Of a stretch of DNA of 64,000 nt, positions 1 through 9,148 are shown piece after piece. Position 1 is the first letter of the stretch, and the number at the start of each line of letters is the position of its first letter. Origin of the DNA: Candidatus Magasanikbacteria bacterium RIFOXYC2_FULL_42_28 (lineage in GTDB: Bacteria > Patescibacteriota > Patescibacteriia > Magasanikbacterales > GWA2-37-8); the NCBI GenBank assembly GCA_001784435.1, contig MFQZ01000010.1, positions 18,917 through 82,916 on the forward strand, read 5' to 3'. The notes beneath the pieces were generated by a model. It searched no databases, was not told where the DNA came from, and worked only from the letters and a program-made list of their open reading frames with translations. Both the position numbers and the translations under genes were made by a program.

Positions 1-270
1 TGAAAGCGAGTGGAATTTAGCAATTTCCGGTAAGGCATTGGCCACGCCCGGATTGGACAGTCCGACCGCGTTTAAAAAATAATCGTCCGTTCCCATCATG
101 GTGGGATTTTTGTGGCCTGGGCGAGGTTCCAGTGAGATTGATTTGGTAGTAACGCCGCCACAGCCGTTTTCAACCATGTGAGCCAAAGACGCGCCGGTAA
201 CGCCGAGAATGCCGGAGGCGAGGACTATTGGGTTAGAAAAGGTTTTATTTAGAAATGTTGTGTGTAGCAT
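1..270 (-). CDS. pyrD: Dihydroorotate dehydrogenase family 1, 5' part (runs off window)
   Basis: Manual translation MLHTTFLNKTFSNPIVLASGILG...GGVTTKSISLEPRPGHKNPTM...LNAVGLSNPG shows the family-1 DHOD motifs. It lies in the pyr cluster and is not in the ORF track. Confidence 0.92.
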   Translation of the reverse strand, partial: MLHTTFLNKTFSNPIVLASGILGVTGASLAHMVENGCGGVTTKSISLEPRPGHKNPTMMGTDDYFLNAVGLSNPGVANALPEIAKFHSLS

Positions 271-278
271 AAGTTGGC

Positions 279-388
279 AATGTCAAATTTCCAATTTCCA
301 ATGTCAAACCAATGTCAAAGCCAAAATGTCAAATTTGATATTGGGATTTTGGATTTGATTGGAAATTGGAAATTTGGATTTTGACATT
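279..388. repeat. Family A imperfect palindromic intergenic element built of ~7-nt units
   Basis: aatgtcaaatttccaatttccaatgtcaaa...ttggaaattggaaatttggattttgacatt. Near-copies at ~8098, ~25369 and ~48038. Confidence 0.9.
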
Positions 389-390
389 AT

Positions 391-1338
391 TTATACTTTC
401 TTTTCAAATAACCAAAGTATCACCGCCTTCTGCATATGCATGCGGTTCTCCGCTTGGTTGTAAATTACGGAATTTTTGTGGTCAATGGCATCGCGCGAAA
501 TTTCGTAGCCAACATGGCAGGGCATACAATGCATAATGCGCGCGTTGGGCGCATAAGTATCAACCATATTGGCATTGATTTGATAGGGCTTGAATGCAGC
601 CAAGCGACGATCATATTCAGCTTGGTATTCAGGAATAACTTTGCCATCTTTAAAAAATTCCATATCAATCCAAGTGTCGGTGTGAACATAATCTGTGCCA
701 GCGAGCGCTTCTTTTAAATTCAAAACTTTTTTTACTTTACCGGTTGCCTCGCACATTTGGTTTAATTCCGCGTCCACGCTTGGCGCGTTGGCTTCGGGTG
801 CGGCAATCGCAACTTCAATTCCTAATTTTGCGCAAGCAAGTTTTAAAGTATTGGAAACATTATTTTCAATTCCGAGCCAAGTAATCTTTTTTACGTTTTC
901 AATGCCATTAGAATATTCCGACATCGTTAAAATATCCGCGAGCGCTTGGCAAGGATGATATTTTTCCGAGCAAGCGTCGATCACTGGAATTTTATTAAAT
1001 GAAGCAGCAACTTCCACATCGCTGGCTTTCAAAGCGCGGAACATCAAAACTTGCCCATAGCGCATAATCGCTTGAATTTCATCGCGAAAATCGCAAAGTG
1101 ATAATTGCGTATTGCGTGAATCAATGTAAATCGCGTGTCCGCCGAGTTCGGTCATGCCGGCTTCAAACGATAGGCGAGTGCGAGTGGAAGTTTTTTGAAA
1201 AAGCATCAACAAAGTTTGGTTGTGCAAAATATCCACTGCTTCGCCAGCCGTTCGTTTAGCTTTTAATTTTTTCGCGATTGCTAAAATTTCTAGAATGTCT
1301 TCGCGAGTTTGTTCTTTTAGTGAGATTAAGTGACGCAT
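391..1338 (-). CDS. argF: Ornithine carbamoyltransferase-like transcarbamylase (divergent)
   Basis: STRTR and HPCQ motifs present. HCMP replaces HCLP, TDTWIDM replaces DxxxSMG, C-terminal QAENR. Confidence 0.8.
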   Translation of the reverse strand: MRHLISLKEQTREDILEILAIAKKLKAKRTAGEAVDILHNQTLLMLFQKTSTRTRLSFEAGMTELGGHAIYIDSRNTQLSLCDFRDEIQAIMRYGQVLMFRALKASDVEVAASFNKIPVIDACSEKYHPCQALADILTMSEYSNGIENVKKITWLGIENNVSNTLKLACAKLGIEVAIAAPEANAPSVDAELNQMCEATGKVKKVLNLKEALAGTDYVHTDTWIDMEFFKDGKVIPEYQAEYDRRLAAFKPYQINANMVDTYAPNARIMHCMPCHVGYEISRDAIDHKNSVIYNQAENRMHMQKAVILWLFEKKV

Positions 1339-1345
1339 ATTTTAT

Positions 1346-1431
1346 TAGTTCATAAATAATAGTTCATAGCCAATAATACAGATGATAAATTACCGAATCG
1401 CTCTATTGGCTTTGAACTATTGGCTATGAAC
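1346..1431. repeat. Family C palindromic element (tagttcatagccaat / attggctatgaacta)
   Basis: Inverted arms are visible and overlap the pyrC stop. Partial copies at 2117-2149, 9101-9131 and 28352-28368. Confidence 0.8.
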
Positions 1432-2643
1432 TATCTTCACCGGCCACCCTTTTAATTTCCAACCATCAAACGGACTCCAACCGCACTTGGTTTTTAGATT
1501 TTTATTTTTCACAATTTTTTCTAAATCCAAATCCACAATTACCCAATCATTATTTGGTGGTAAATTGAATATTTTTTCAATGTTCAGACGGGTTAATTCC
1601 ACGATTTTTTGTATGGTAATTTTACCCTGATTATACTCGTTTAGCAAGAGCGGTAAATAGGTTTCAATGCCGGGAACGCCGGACGGAGATTGGGGGTATG
1701 GGAGGGCTTTTTCAGCTAAAGTATGGGGGGCATGGTCAGTACCGACAGTATCAATCGTGCCATCGTTTATAGCGCGCCACAAGGCATCTTGGTCGTGAGC
1801 TGTGCGTAAGGGTGGGTTCATTTGCGCTTTTGCGCCTAACAACTCGTAGGCGCTATCGTTGAGGAACAGGTGATGTGGTGTGGCTTCGGCAAAGACAGTT
1901 ACGCCGGCTTGCTTGGCACTGCGAATTAATTCCAGTTCTTCGGCTGTGCTTGCGTGTAAAACGTATAATTTGGTGTGATATTTTTTAGCAAATTCTGCTG
2001 CCTGCGTGACGGCTTTTATGGCAGCTTCGCGGGAGCGGATTTGGGAGTGGTGTTTTACGCTAAGGGATCCCTCCACTGCGGTCGGGATGACAGGGCTTCG
2101 CTGCGCTTCGCCCTGTAAACTATTAACTATGAACTGTTGGCTATTGGCTCGTATTATTTCATCATCCTCAGCGTGTACGGCTAATACCAAATTCAACTCT
2201 GCGCATTTTTTGAAAATTTTTTCTTGGGCGGAAATTTGTGACACTAATAGATCGCCAGTGGATGAGCCGACGAACATTTTGACGCCAATAATTTCATTCC
2301 TTACCTTATCAATTTCAGCCAGATTTTCCGCGGTGGCACCGAAATAAAAGTAGGGTCGGATTGGCTGGCAGGATTGCGCCAACAATTTATTGACGGCGGA
2401 TTTTTTTTGTTTTAATAATTCAAAAGTGCTTATCCCCGGCATGTTATTAGGCATATCCAATACTGTGGTAACGCCTCCGGCCACGGCCGCACCGGTCGTC
2501 CAATCTTCTTTATGTTCACCACCCGGCACGCGAAAATGGACGTGAGGGTCAATTAACGCTGGCAGTGCCAACAAATTTCGGTTAGAAAATTCCGCTGGAA
2601 AATCACATTCAATGTATTTATTATCCCAAGTTTTAATCTTCAT
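1417..2643 (-). CDS. pyrC: Dihydroorotase, with in-frame repeat-derived insertion
   Basis: DPHVHFR, DMPN, HAED, EATPHHL, MNPPLR, GTDHAPH and TKCGWSPF motifs. Confidence 0.95.
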   Translation of the reverse strand: MKIKTWDNKYIECDFPAEFSNRNLLALPALIDPHVHFRVPGGEHKEDWTTGAAVAGGVTTVLDMPNNMPGISTFELLKQKKSAVNKLLAQSCQPIRPYFYFGATAENLAEIDKVRNEIIGVKMFVGSSTGDLLVSQISAQEKIFKKCAELNLVLAVHAEDDEIIRANSQQFIVNSLQGEAQRSPVIPTAVEGSLSVKHHSQIRSREAAIKAVTQAAEFAKKYHTKLYVLHASTAEELELIRSAKQAGVTVFAEATPHHLFLNDSAYELLGAKAQMNPPLRTAHDQDALWRAINDGTIDTVGTDHAPHTLAEKALPYPQSPSGVPGIETYLPLLLNEYNQGKITIQKIVELTRLNIEKIFNLPPNNDWVIVDLDLEKIVKNKNLKTKCGWSPFDGWKLKGWPVKIVHSQ

Positions 2644-2647
2644 AAAT

Positions 2648-3121
2648 TTAGGCGCGGTGATATTCTTTTATATCTTCTTGTTTAAAAGTTCTTTCGCAGT
2701 AGTGGCATTTAAGTGACACACCCTGTTTATTTTTTTGAGTATGAAAAAGCGAATCCATCGATTCATTATTCGTAATACATTTTGGATTTGGGCAAACCAC
2801 CAGACCGGAAATTATTTCGGATAGTTCCACTTGATATTTTTTTACCACTTTGAAATCTTTAATTATGTTGATTACCGCGCTGGGAGAAAATATCGCGGTT
2901 AAGTTGGCTTTGCTTGGCGTAATTTCCCAATTGGCCAGTTTGATAATATCTTTTTTGCCACTGGTTTTGCTTGGTAGATGCATGCCGATGGTAACAACAT
3001 TGTCGTGATTTTCAACGCCTAAAATTGATAATATTTTTAGGGCCGAGCCGGCTTTGGCATGGTCAATCACCGTGCCGTTTTTAATGGCGGAAACAAGTAG
3101 GGTGCCAGTTTGTTGTATCAT
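2648..3121 (-). CDS. pyrI: Aspartate carbamoyltransferase regulatory chain
   Basis: VSAIKNGTVIDH, GKKDIIK and the zinc site CPNPKCIT...CHYCE. Start reassigned to ATG 3121, just after the pyrB stop. Confidence 0.95.
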   Translation of the reverse strand: MIQQTGTLLVSAIKNGTVIDHAKAGSALKILSILGVENHDNVVTIGMHLPSKTSGKKDIIKLANWEITPSKANLTAIFSPSAVINIIKDFKVVKKYQVELSEIISGLVVCPNPKCITNNESMDSLFHTQKNKQGVSLKCHYCERTFKQEDIKEYHRA

Positions 3122-3122
3122 A

Positions 3123-4043
3123 TTAAATAGCGTTAAGAACGAGCGCCAGTAGGGCCTGGCGGGCGTATAAACCGTTTTCCGCTTGCTCAAAATAGTAGGC
3201 ATGCGGAGTTTTATCAACGGCGTAGTCAATTTCATTGACGCGTGGTAGAGGATGCAATATTCGCAAATTCTTTTTAGCATTTTTTAAGTCCGCGACTGTC
3301 AATCGATAAACATCCTTCACGCGGTTGTATTCCATTTGGTCGGGAAATCTTTCGCCTTGAATCCGGGTCATGTATAAAACATCCAATTTGGGAATTATGT
3401 TTTCAAAACTTTCGTGTACACTAAATTTAATTCCTTTTTCACGAAGTTCAGTTAATAAATATTCAGGCATGGCCAAACTTGGTGGCGCGATAAAATACAA
3501 GCGCGCATTAAAATGGGTGAGTGCTTGCGCGAGCGAGTGCACGGTTCGGCCGTATTTGAGGTCACCCATCATGGCAATTGATAAATTATTTAATTTTCCT
3601 TGGGTTTCTTTAATGGACATTAAGTCCAAAAGCGTTTGGGTTGGGTGTTGGTTGGCGCCATCGCCACCGTTAATTACCGGTTTATCAGTGGCTTCGGCCG
3701 CGCGTCTGGCGGCACCTTCAAGTGGGTGGCGCATCGCAACAACATCTACATATTGACCGACAATTTTTATTGAATCGTAAAGTGTTTCGCCTTTTTTTGC
3801 AGAAGTGACGCCAGCATCGGCAAAGCCAACTACTTTTCCGCCCAGTCGTTGCATGGCGGTTTCAAATGAAAGGCGAGTGCGGGTGGATGGCTCAAAAAAA
3901 CAACTGCCCATGACTTTACCGGCAAGCAAATTCGGTTGTGGTTTCTTTTTTAATTCCAGCGCGAGTTTGACTATGGAATTTATTTCTGCCGGTGTCAATT
4001 CGTTTATCGAAATGATGTCACGGCCTTTTAGGGTGGAGAACAT
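3123..4043 (-). CDS. pyrB: Aspartate carbamoyltransferase catalytic chain
   Basis: [28 protein letters not shown] and HPLPRVNEI motifs. Start reassigned to ATG 4043. Confidence 0.97.
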   Translation of the reverse strand: MFSTLKGRDIISINELTPAEINSIVKLALELKKKPQPNLLAGKVMGSCFFEPSTRTRLSFETAMQRLGGKVVGFADAGVTSAKKGETLYDSIKIVGQYVDVVAMRHPLEGAARRAAEATDKPVINGGDGANQHPTQTLLDLMSIKETQGKLNNLSIAMMGDLKYGRTVHSLAQALTHFNARLYFIAPPSLAMPEYLLTELREKGIKFSVHESFENIIPKLDVLYMTRIQGERFPDQMEYNRVKDVYRLTVADLKNAKKNLRILHPLPRVNEIDYAVDKTPHAYYFEQAENGLYARQALLALVLNAI

Positions 4044-4155
4044 AAATTTGTTTAAAAAAAGTCCCGACTGAGTCGGGACTAAATAATAAATAATGAAAAT
4101 GCCAATCTTTGGCATCGTGAATGGATGTAAAAAAGGTATTGATCATATCGGGATT

Positions 4156-4184
4156 AGTGTAGCATTTTTGGAGTTGGTTTGCAA
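4156..4184 (-). promoter_or_regulatory. Sigma70 promoter of the pyr operon
   Basis: TTGCAA-17 bp-TACACT with a TGn extension. Confidence 0.55.
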
Positions 4185-4368
4185 ATGGATTTTTGGGTTT
4201 ATCCACACCTTATCTTGACAATATTATATAATTATGGCACAATATAACTAAGAAAAAGGCTTTTGGCAGGGGTTTATATATCACAACGTCGAAGGTCTTT
4301 TTTTGTTTTTATTCTTAGCTTCCACAAGAAATTTACAAAGTTGTATTTTGTCAATCATATTTTTTTGT

Positions 4369-5991
4369 TTATTTCATCTTCTCCCGCAACAACTTCTCCG
4401 CCACCACCGGATCCGCCGCCCCTTCGGTCGCTTTCATCACCATTCCTTTTAAAAACTGTAACAGCGGTTCTTTGCCCGCTTTAAATTTGGCTACCTGTTC
4501 GGGATGGGAAGCGATGACGTCGTCCACAATTTTGCCGAGCGCGCCCTCATCACTCATCTGGCCATAGCCCTTTTCTTCCATAATGTGCGTTGGGTCAATA
4601 TCGGTATTGGCATCTAACATTTCATTTAGGATTTTGGCAGCGTTCGTGGAATTAACACGTCCGGTGTAAAACAACGCCAGCAATTCCGAAAAATTTTCTG
4701 CCGATAATTTCAAAATCCGAATATCAATTTTGCGCTCGGCCATGGCACCCATCAATTTGGAGGTGAGCCAGTTACCGGTTAATTTTGCTAATGCTGATTT
4801 TTTATTATCTAAAATCTCCGAAGTAGTTTTTTTATTTTCGGGCTTGCCCGGCGTAGTCCCACTTGGTGGGACGGAGACGGGTAGAGAATGCAACCACTCC
4901 ACCAAATCCGAATAAACATCTTCGGCATAAGTCGCCCAGTGCGGGTCAGTGGCTAAAATCGCGGCGTCGGCATAAGAAAAACCGTATTCTTCGTGAAAGC
5001 GGGCGCGTTTTTGGGCTGGCAATTCCGGTAATTCAATATTACCGGCAATTTTGGCAGGATTAAAGGGTGGAATATCGGGCTCGGGAAAATAGCGATAATC
5101 AGCCGAAGTTTCTTTAATTCTTTGCATGACAGTTTCGCCTTTGTCATCACTCCAACCGCGGGTCTGTTGGGACCAGGCCTCACCTTTTTCAATCATTGCG
5201 GTTTGGCGTTTGATTTCAAAATCAATCGCTTTTTCAACTGCGCGGAAAGAATTAATATTTTTTACTTCCACTTTATTATTCAATTTATAATCACCGATTG
5301 GTTTAATAACCCCGGCTTCATCAACAAATTTTCCGGTTTCTTGCACCGACACATTGGCCTCACAACGCATTTGCCCTTTTTCCATGTCCGCGTTACTTAC
5401 GCCCAAATAGCGGAAAATTGTTTGTAATTCTTGGCAATAGGCCTTGGCTTCTATCCCGCTTTGAATATCCGGGTCGGAGACAATTTCCACGAGCGGGACG
5501 CCAGCGCGATTAAAATCCACGAGGGTTTCCCCCTCCTGCCCGAGGAGGGGCGAGGGGTGGTGGGAGGCGCCGTGGGTTAATTTGGCCGTGTCTTCTTCCA
5601 TGTGGACACGCGTGATGCCGATGCGGGCGGTGTCGCGGTGGTTTTTTGAAGTGATTAAATTTAAAACAATCGCGCCGTGTTCGCCGACCGGTTGATCAAA
5701 TTGGGAAATTTGATATGCTTTTGGCAAATCCGGATAAAAATAATGTTTGCGGTCAAATTTACTTTCGGTAGCGATTTTACAACCCAAAGCAGTGGCAATT
5801 TTAACAATATCGGTAAGAGCAGTGGCGTTTGGCACGGGTAAAGTCCCTGGGTGGGCGAGGCAGACGGGGCAAATGTTAGTGTTAGGCGCGCCGTGGTCCG
5901 GATCATTTTTACACGCGCAAAACATTTTGGATTTGGTTTTCAGTTCCACGTGGATTTCCAGGCCGATGATGGTGGTGTATTTGGGTGTCAT
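4369..5991 (-). CDS. gatB: Asp/Glu-tRNA amidotransferase subunit B, with two repeat-derived insertions
   Basis: IGLEIHVEL, FDRKHYFYPDLPK, VDFNRAGVPLVEIV, VEVKNINS and DYRYFPEPD motifs. Confidence 0.97.
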   Translation of the reverse strand: MTPKYTTIIGLEIHVELKTKSKMFCACKNDPDHGAPNTNICPVCLAHPGTLPVPNATALTDIVKIATALGCKIATESKFDRKHYFYPDLPKAYQISQFDQPVGEHGAIVLNLITSKNHRDTARIGITRVHMEEDTAKLTHGASHHPSPLLGQEGETLVDFNRAGVPLVEIVSDPDIQSGIEAKAYCQELQTIFRYLGVSNADMEKGQMRCEANVSVQETGKFVDEAGVIKPIGDYKLNNKVEVKNINSFRAVEKAIDFEIKRQTAMIEKGEAWSQQTRGWSDDKGETVMQRIKETSADYRYFPEPDIPPFNPAKIAGNIELPELPAQKRARFHEEYGFSYADAAILATDPHWATYAEDVYSDLVEWLHSLPVSVPPSGTTPGKPENKKTTSEILDNKKSALAKLTGNWLTSKLMGAMAERKIDIRILKLSAENFSELLALFYTGRVNSTNAAKILNEMLDANTDIDPTHIMEEKGYGQMSDEGALGKIVDDVIASHPEQVAKFKAGKEPLLQFLKGMVMKATEGAADPVVAEKLLREKMK

Positions 5992-6061
5992 ATTTTAATT
6001 AAAAACTGGCAGATTATTTCTACCAGTTTAACAGTTTTAGGAAGTTTTGGCAAATTTATTT

Positions 6062-6814
6062 TTAGACAGTGGGAGGGATAGAGTTGACCGGGTTGGCCTT
6101 TAAATTTTCGTATAAAATCAGGCCGGTGGCGATTAATAATGGTAATATTAAAAGTCCAATTATCCGATCAGCAAAACCATTGGCAATTTGCAACTGGATG
6201 ATACTGATATCCGGAAACCAAAATATTATTTGCTTTATAAGCCATTGTAAAAATCCGCCGATGACGGTAAATAATACCGTGGGGGCAAGTAGGCGCCAGA
6301 GTACGGCCCACCAGCGGTTGGTCGCCAGATTTTTGCTCATTTTCATGGCGGTCGTTCCTCGTTCGCCGTCAGCCACGAGCGCATATAAACTAAAATGATA
6401 CCAAACCATGAAAATTATTCCCGGGATAACAAACAATAATGCCCCAACCAAAGTGATTAGTCCGGTTAGAAAAGAAATCCATATTGCCGGTAATATTATT
6501 TTTCCGGCCAGATTTAAGTTGTTCTTAACGCCGGCGATAGGGGCGTTTTTTATAATTTGATCAAAAGTTTTAATCAGCCCGAGGTAAGCCCAAAATGATA
6601 CTAATAATCCAATTAGATATAGCATGGCTAAAATTATATCATCCCAAGTAACGTTGGTAATGGAATTTACCTCCAAACTGATAGTCGCGAACGCGAGCAT
6701 CGCCAAAATAACGGCGGGCGCGAGTGAAATGATTAGATATGCCCAGATCTGTTTAAAATGTTTCAAATACAACGCGGTGCTTTGTTTAATTATGTCGGTG
6801 GTGCTAATAAGCAT
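6062..6814 (-). CDS. Polytopic membrane protein of unknown function
   Basis: About six hydrophobic segments and an IPGIIFMVWY motif. Confidence 0.75.
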   Translation of the reverse strand: MLISTTDIIKQSTALYLKHFKQIWAYLIISLAPAVILAMLAFATISLEVNSITNVTWDDIILAMLYLIGLLVSFWAYLGLIKTFDQIIKNAPIAGVKNNLNLAGKIILPAIWISFLTGLITLVGALLFVIPGIIFMVWYHFSLYALVADGERGTTAMKMSKNLATNRWWAVLWRLLAPTVLFTVIGGFLQWLIKQIIFWFPDISIIQLQIANGFADRIIGLLILPLLIATGLILYENLKANPVNSIPPTV

Positions 6815-6819
6815 ACGAT

Positions 6820-7524
6820 TTAAGTTAAAATTTGTTTTAGAAGCGCGGTGGCCTCTGCTTTCATTATACCAATTTTTGCGTTTCCGTTCAACTGGTGGAT
6901 GGCTGTGCCACGCTTTATAAAAATTTTTTTAAGTTCAGTCCCAAAAAATTGGCGGTGAGATTTTTTTAAAAATGGCAGGTTTTCAAAAATTACGTTATCT
7001 TGTTTTTGCGCTCGGCCGGATAATCTTTGGGCCGAAGTGGTCGGATTGGTTTTTACTAAAATTAAATGGTCAGGGCGATGGGTTAGCGCCAAATTATTCC
7101 CGGGCAGAGCCGATATTTTTTTCATGGTGAAATTTTTGTGGGCTAGCGATTGGTAGGCGAGCGAGGTGGAGATACCGCGGTCTTGGATAATTACTCGGCC
7201 GTCTTTAAGCAAAGGAATAATAATTTTGGTGTAGAGAATTAAACGATCGAGCGCGTAGGCCTCGGCCACGGCTTCAACCGGGTAGGTCGTGCCGTTTTTG
7301 ATAAGTTCATCTCGAATTACCGCGCCTACGCCGGCGTAAGTTGGCTCGGCCGAAAAAATAAAATCATAGCCGTTAAGTTCGGATAATTTTGGGTATTCTC
7401 CGGTTTTTTTTAAATATTCTTTTAAATCAAAAATCGCGTTGCCTTGAGCAACTAAATATTTTTTCCAAGTTTCAATAACAGTGCTTTTGCCAGAGCCGTC
7501 GATGCCGTCAATCAATATTAACAT
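6820..7524 (-). CDS. tmk: Thymidylate kinase
   Basis: IDGIDGSGKST P-loop, EP and QDRGISTSLAYQ motifs. Confidence 0.9.
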   Translation of the reverse strand: MLILIDGIDGSGKSTVIETWKKYLVAQGNAIFDLKEYLKKTGEYPKLSELNGYDFIFSAEPTYAGVGAVIRDELIKNGTTYPVEAVAEAYALDRLILYTKIIIPLLKDGRVIIQDRGISTSLAYQSLAHKNFTMKKISALPGNNLALTHRPDHLILVKTNPTTSAQRLSGRAQKQDNVIFENLPFLKKSHRQFFGTELKKIFIKRGTAIHQLNGNAKIGIMKAEATALLKQILT

Positions 7525-7527
7525 ATT

Positions 7528-7625
7528 GAAAATTCTAAGTTCTAAACTCTAAATTCTAATCGATTTGAATTTGTAATTTTAATATTTGGGTTTGTTTAGA
7601 TTTTAGTATTTAGAGTTTAGAGTTT
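7528..7625. repeat. Family B palindromic element (ctaaa/tttag heptamer units)
   Basis: aaattctaagttctaaactctaaattctaa...ttagattttagtatttagagtttagagttt. Related to 50113-50235, with half-copies at 41068-41101 and 48883-48922. Confidence 0.85.
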
Positions 7626-8092
7626 CTCGTATATATCACAAAATCAAAACCAGCGTGTGGTTCGCGGGCAATTTCTTTCCAAAGCGCGGGATTAATTATT
7701 GGAAAGAAGGTGTCGCCATCCGGAGATTGGTGGACGTGAGTAATATATAATGTATCCACGCGGTCAATTGTTTGTTTGTAAATACTCGCGCCACCACAGA
7801 TAAATACATCTTCGTTTTTTAATTGCGCGAAAGCGTCATCAAGCGAATTAAAGACGCGTACGCCGTCTGGCACTTGGTAATCTTTGTTTAAAGTCAGCAC
7901 CACTGTTTTTCGTCCTGGCAATGGCTTGCCTAAGTATCCTAAAATTGATTCATAAGTGGCTTGTCCCATTAAACAAGTTTTTCCCAAAGTGGTTTTTTTA
8001 AAAAACGCAAAATCTTCCGGAATATTCCACGGGATTTTGTTGTTTTTGCCAATGCAGTTATTGTCGGCGACGGCGGAAATGAGAGAGAACAT
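7610..8092 (-). CDS. folA: Dihydrofolate reductase
   Basis: IGKNNKIPWNIPED, KPLPGRKTVVL, ICGGASIY and GDTFFP. True start is ATG 8092; the upstream extension in the track is repeat-derived. Confidence 0.95.
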   Translation of the reverse strand: MFSLISAVADNNCIGKNNKIPWNIPEDFAFFKKTTLGKTCLMGQATYESILGYLGKPLPGRKTVVLTLNKDYQVPDGVRVFNSLDDAFAQLKNEDVFICGGASIYKQTIDRVDTLYITHVHQSPDGDTFFPIINPALWKEIAREPHAGFDFVIYTRNSKL

Positions 8093-8097
8093 GTTGA

Positions 8098-8208
8098 TAA
8101 TTTCAAAATCCAAATTTCCAATTTCCAATCAATGTCAAAGCCAAAATGTCAAATTTGATATTTGTAATTTGGATTTGATTTGACATTGGATATTGGAAAT
8201 TTGACATT
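8098..8208. repeat. Family A palindromic element
   Basis: Close copy of 279-388, filling the thyA-folA spacer. Confidence 0.9.
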
Positions 8209-8221
8209 TATTTAGTAAATT

Positions 8222-9094
8222 TTAAACAGCAATTGGGAATGAGATTTTAGGATGGCTCTGATAACTCATCAATTCCGTATCCCCATATTGCCAATCAAAA
8301 ATATTCGTGAATTTTTCGGTTTTAATCTGGGGCAGGGGATAGGTATTTGGGTCGCGGGTAAGTTGTTCGCGTACGCCGTCAACATGATTTAAATATATAT
8401 GGGCATCTGCCAAAAAGCCGACCAATTTTCCTTCTTTTAAATTACATTCTTTGGCTAGTAAATGTAAAAGCAAAGCATAGCTTGAAATATTAAACGGCAA
8501 ACCAAGCATCGTGTCTACCGAGCGTTGATTCCAGAGTAAATTTAGTCGGCCGTTGATTACCGTCACTTGAAAACCATAATGGCAGGGTGGCAGAGCCATT
8601 TCACCAATTTGACAGGGGTTCCAAGCCATCACAATCATCCGACGATCGCTCGGATTGGTTTTAATAGTTTCAATTAATTTTTTTAATTGGTCAACACCGG
8701 TATCAGCATAATTGGAATCAAAATTTTCGTAAGGCGCGTTAAAATGTCGCCATTGAAAACCGTAAATCGGACCCAAATCGCGTTCGGCTGCCATTTTTTG
8801 TTTGGTGGCTTCGTCGTGGGCGTAAGGTACTTTTTTAGGTGAGCACCATTCATCCCAAATATGGCAGTTTTTGGCTTTGAGCCACTCTTTGTCCGTCAGG
8901 CCTTTGATAAAAAACTCCAATTCCGCGGCCATTACTTTAAATGGCATTTTTTTGGTTGTTAAAAGCGGATAACCGGTCGCCATGTCATGTTCAAAATACG
9001 CGCCGGCAATCGCGAGCGTGCCGGTGCCGGTGCGGTCGGTTTTGGTTTCGCCTTTTTCCAAAACGGTTTTGACGATGTTTAAATAGGATTGCAT
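8222..9094 (-). CDS. thyA: Thymidylate synthase
   Basis: DRTGTGT, LGPIYGFQWR, MALPPCH, QRSVD and HIYLNH motifs. Start ATG 9094. Confidence 0.97.
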   Translation of the reverse strand: MQSYLNIVKTVLEKGETKTDRTGTGTLAIAGAYFEHDMATGYPLLTTKKMPFKVMAAELEFFIKGLTDKEWLKAKNCHIWDEWCSPKKVPYAHDEATKQKMAAERDLGPIYGFQWRHFNAPYENFDSNYADTGVDQLKKLIETIKTNPSDRRMIVMAWNPCQIGEMALPPCHYGFQVTVINGRLNLLWNQRSVDTMLGLPFNISSYALLLHLLAKECNLKEGKLVGFLADAHIYLNHVDGVREQLTRDPNTYPLPQIKTEKFTNIFDWQYGDTELMSYQSHPKISFPIAV

Positions 9095-9148
9095 ATTTTT
9101 TAGTTCATAGCCAATAGTTCTTAGCCAATAGGACAGCGACAAGTTTGT

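Noticed and set aside
279-388. Family A/B repeats as a CRISPR array
   Set aside because: They are dispersed palindromes of degenerate 7-mers, not identical repeats separated by unique spacers, and no cas genes are present.
3122-3280. N-terminal extensions in the ORF track for pyrI (also pyrB, folA, thyA, pilB, parA, rel, rpsS)
   Set aside because: They overlap neighbouring genes, repeats, promoters or the tRNA; family homology begins at downstream ATGs.
4018-4484. Short ORFs 4018-4206 (-) and 4263-4484 (+)
   Set aside because: They span promoter and hairpin sequence or run antisense to gatB, with no recognisable protein features.
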